Positions 62,243 through 64,000 of a DNA stretch of 64,000 nt are shown here, one piece after another; position 1 is the first letter of the stretch, and each line of letters opens with the position of its first letter. Origin of the DNA: Macrostomum lignano (taxonomy: Eukaryota); contig NIVC01002545.1 in the NCBI GenBank assembly GCA_002269645.1, positions 1 through 64,000 of the forward strand, read 5' to 3'. The translations under genes were made by a program, and so were the position numbers. The notes below the pieces were generated by a model. The model saw nothing but the letters and a program-made list of their open reading frames with translations. It searched no databases and was not told the DNA's origin.

Positions 62243-64000
62243 GATAGCACAGGAGTGATTAGCACAAGAGTGACTCTCTATAGCACAGAGTGACTCTATA
62301 GCACAGGAGTGATTAGCACAGGAGTGACTCTATAGCACAGGAGTGATTAGCATAGGAGTGACTCTCTATAGCACAGAGTGACTCTATAGCACAGGAGTGA
62401 CTAGCACAGGAGTGATTAGCACAGGAGTGACTCTCTATAGCACAGAGTGACTCTATAGCACAGGAGTGACTAGCACAGGAGTGACTCTATAGCACAGGAG
62501 TGAGTAGCACAGGAGTGCCTCTATAGCACAGGAGTGACTCTATAGAACAGGAGTGACTCTATAGAACAGGAGTGACTCTATAGCACAGGAGTGACTATAG
62601 CACAGGAGTGACTCTATAGAACAGGAGTGACTCTATAGAACAGGAGTGACTCTATAGCACAGGAGTGATTAGCATAGGAGTGACTCTATAGCACAGGAGT
62701 GACTCTATAGCACAGGAGTGACTAGCACAGGAATGACTCTATAGCACAGGAGTGAGTAGCACAGGAGTGCCTCTATAGCACAGGAGTGACTCTATAGAAC
62801 AGGAGTGACTCTATAGAACAGGAGTGACTCTATAGCACAGGAGTGACTATAGCACAGGAGTGACTCTATAGCACAGGAGTGATTAGCATAGGAGTGACTC
62901 TATAGCACAGGAGTGACTCTATAGCACAGGAGTGACTAGCACAGGAATGACTCTATAGCACAGGAGTGAGTAGCACAGGAGTGCCTCTATAGCACAGGAG
63001 TGACTCTATAGAACAGGAGTGACTCTATAGAACAGGAGTGACTCTATAGCACAGGAGTGATTAGCATAGGAGTGACTCTATAGCACAGGAGTGACTCTAT
63101 AGCACAGGAGTGACTAGCACAGGAATGACTCTATAGCACAGGAGTGAGTAGCACAGGAGTGCCTCTATAGCACAGGAGTGACTCTATAGAACAGGAGTGA
63201 CTCTATAGAACAGGAGTGACTCTATAGCACAGGAGTGACTATAGCACAGGAGTGAGTAGCACAGGAGTGCCTCTATAGCACAGGAGTGACTCTATAGCAC
63301 AGGAGTGATTAGCATAGGAGTGACTCTATAGCACAGGAGTGACTCTATAGCACAGGAGTGAGTAGCACAGGAGTGACTCTATAGCACAGGAGTGACTCTA
63401 TAGAACAGGAGTGACTAGCACAGGAGTGACTCTATAGCACAGGAGTGAGTAGCACAGGAGTGACTCTATAGCACAGGAGTGACTATAGCACAGGAGTGAC
63501 TAGCACAGGAGTGACTCTATAGCCCATGAGTGAGTAGCACAGGAGTGACTCTATAGCACAGGAGTGACTCTATAGCACAGGAGTGACTATAGCACAGGAG
63601 TGACTAGCACAGGAGTGACTCTATAGCACAGGAGTGACTCTATAGCACAGGAGTGACTATAGCACATGAGTGAGTAGCACAGGAGTGACTCTATAGCACA
63701 GGAGTGATTAGCACAGGAGTGACTCTATAGCACAGGAGTGACTAGCACAGGAGTGATTAGAATAGGAGTGACTCTATAGCATAGGAGTGACTCTATAGCA
63801 CAGGAGTGACTCTATAGCACAGGAGTGATTAGCACAGGAGTGACTCTATAGCACAGGAGTGATTAGCATAGGAGTGACTCTATAGCACAGGAGTGACTCT
63901 ATAGCACAGGAGTGACTAGCACAGGAGTGACTCTATAGCACAGGAGTGAGTAGCACAGGAGTGACTCTATAGCACAGGAGTGACTATAGCACAGGAGTGA
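62243..64000. repeat. 15/19-nt minisatellite (ctatagcacaggagtgact), runs off the window end
   Basis: More than 90 units of tagcacaggagtgac(tcta). Confidence 0.96.

Overview
Eukaryotic (animal) genomic DNA with spliceosomal GT-AG introns, not prokaryotic. GC/CpG-rich exons, minisatellite-filled introns and the repeat content suggest a free-living flatworm such as Macrostomum, but this is inference only. Five genes can be rebuilt exon by exon with consistent phases: a high-affinity choline transporter (SLC5A7-like, minus strand, 6 exons, 563 aa), a D-aspartate/D-amino acid oxidase (minus, 5' exon not found), a DNMT3-type DNA cytosine methyltransferase (plus, 9 coding exons, PWWP-ADD-MTase, with a 2-nt frameshift just before motif X), an inward-rectifier K+ channel (minus, start not found) and Rap1 (plus, 192 aa). 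There are also two orphan ORFs and a possible orphan membrane-protein gene. Mobile elements include a full-length dead mariner (TIRs, TA target duplication, D34D) and non-LTR retrotransposon relics. About 25 tandem arrays are present. The most notable signals are: (1) the divergent, frameshifted DNMT3; (2) one 29-nt minisatellite found in introns of three unrelated genes, always in the sense orientation; (3) systematic CpG decay in the mariner; (4) strong enrichment of the palindrome TAGGCCTA in CpG-depleted domains.
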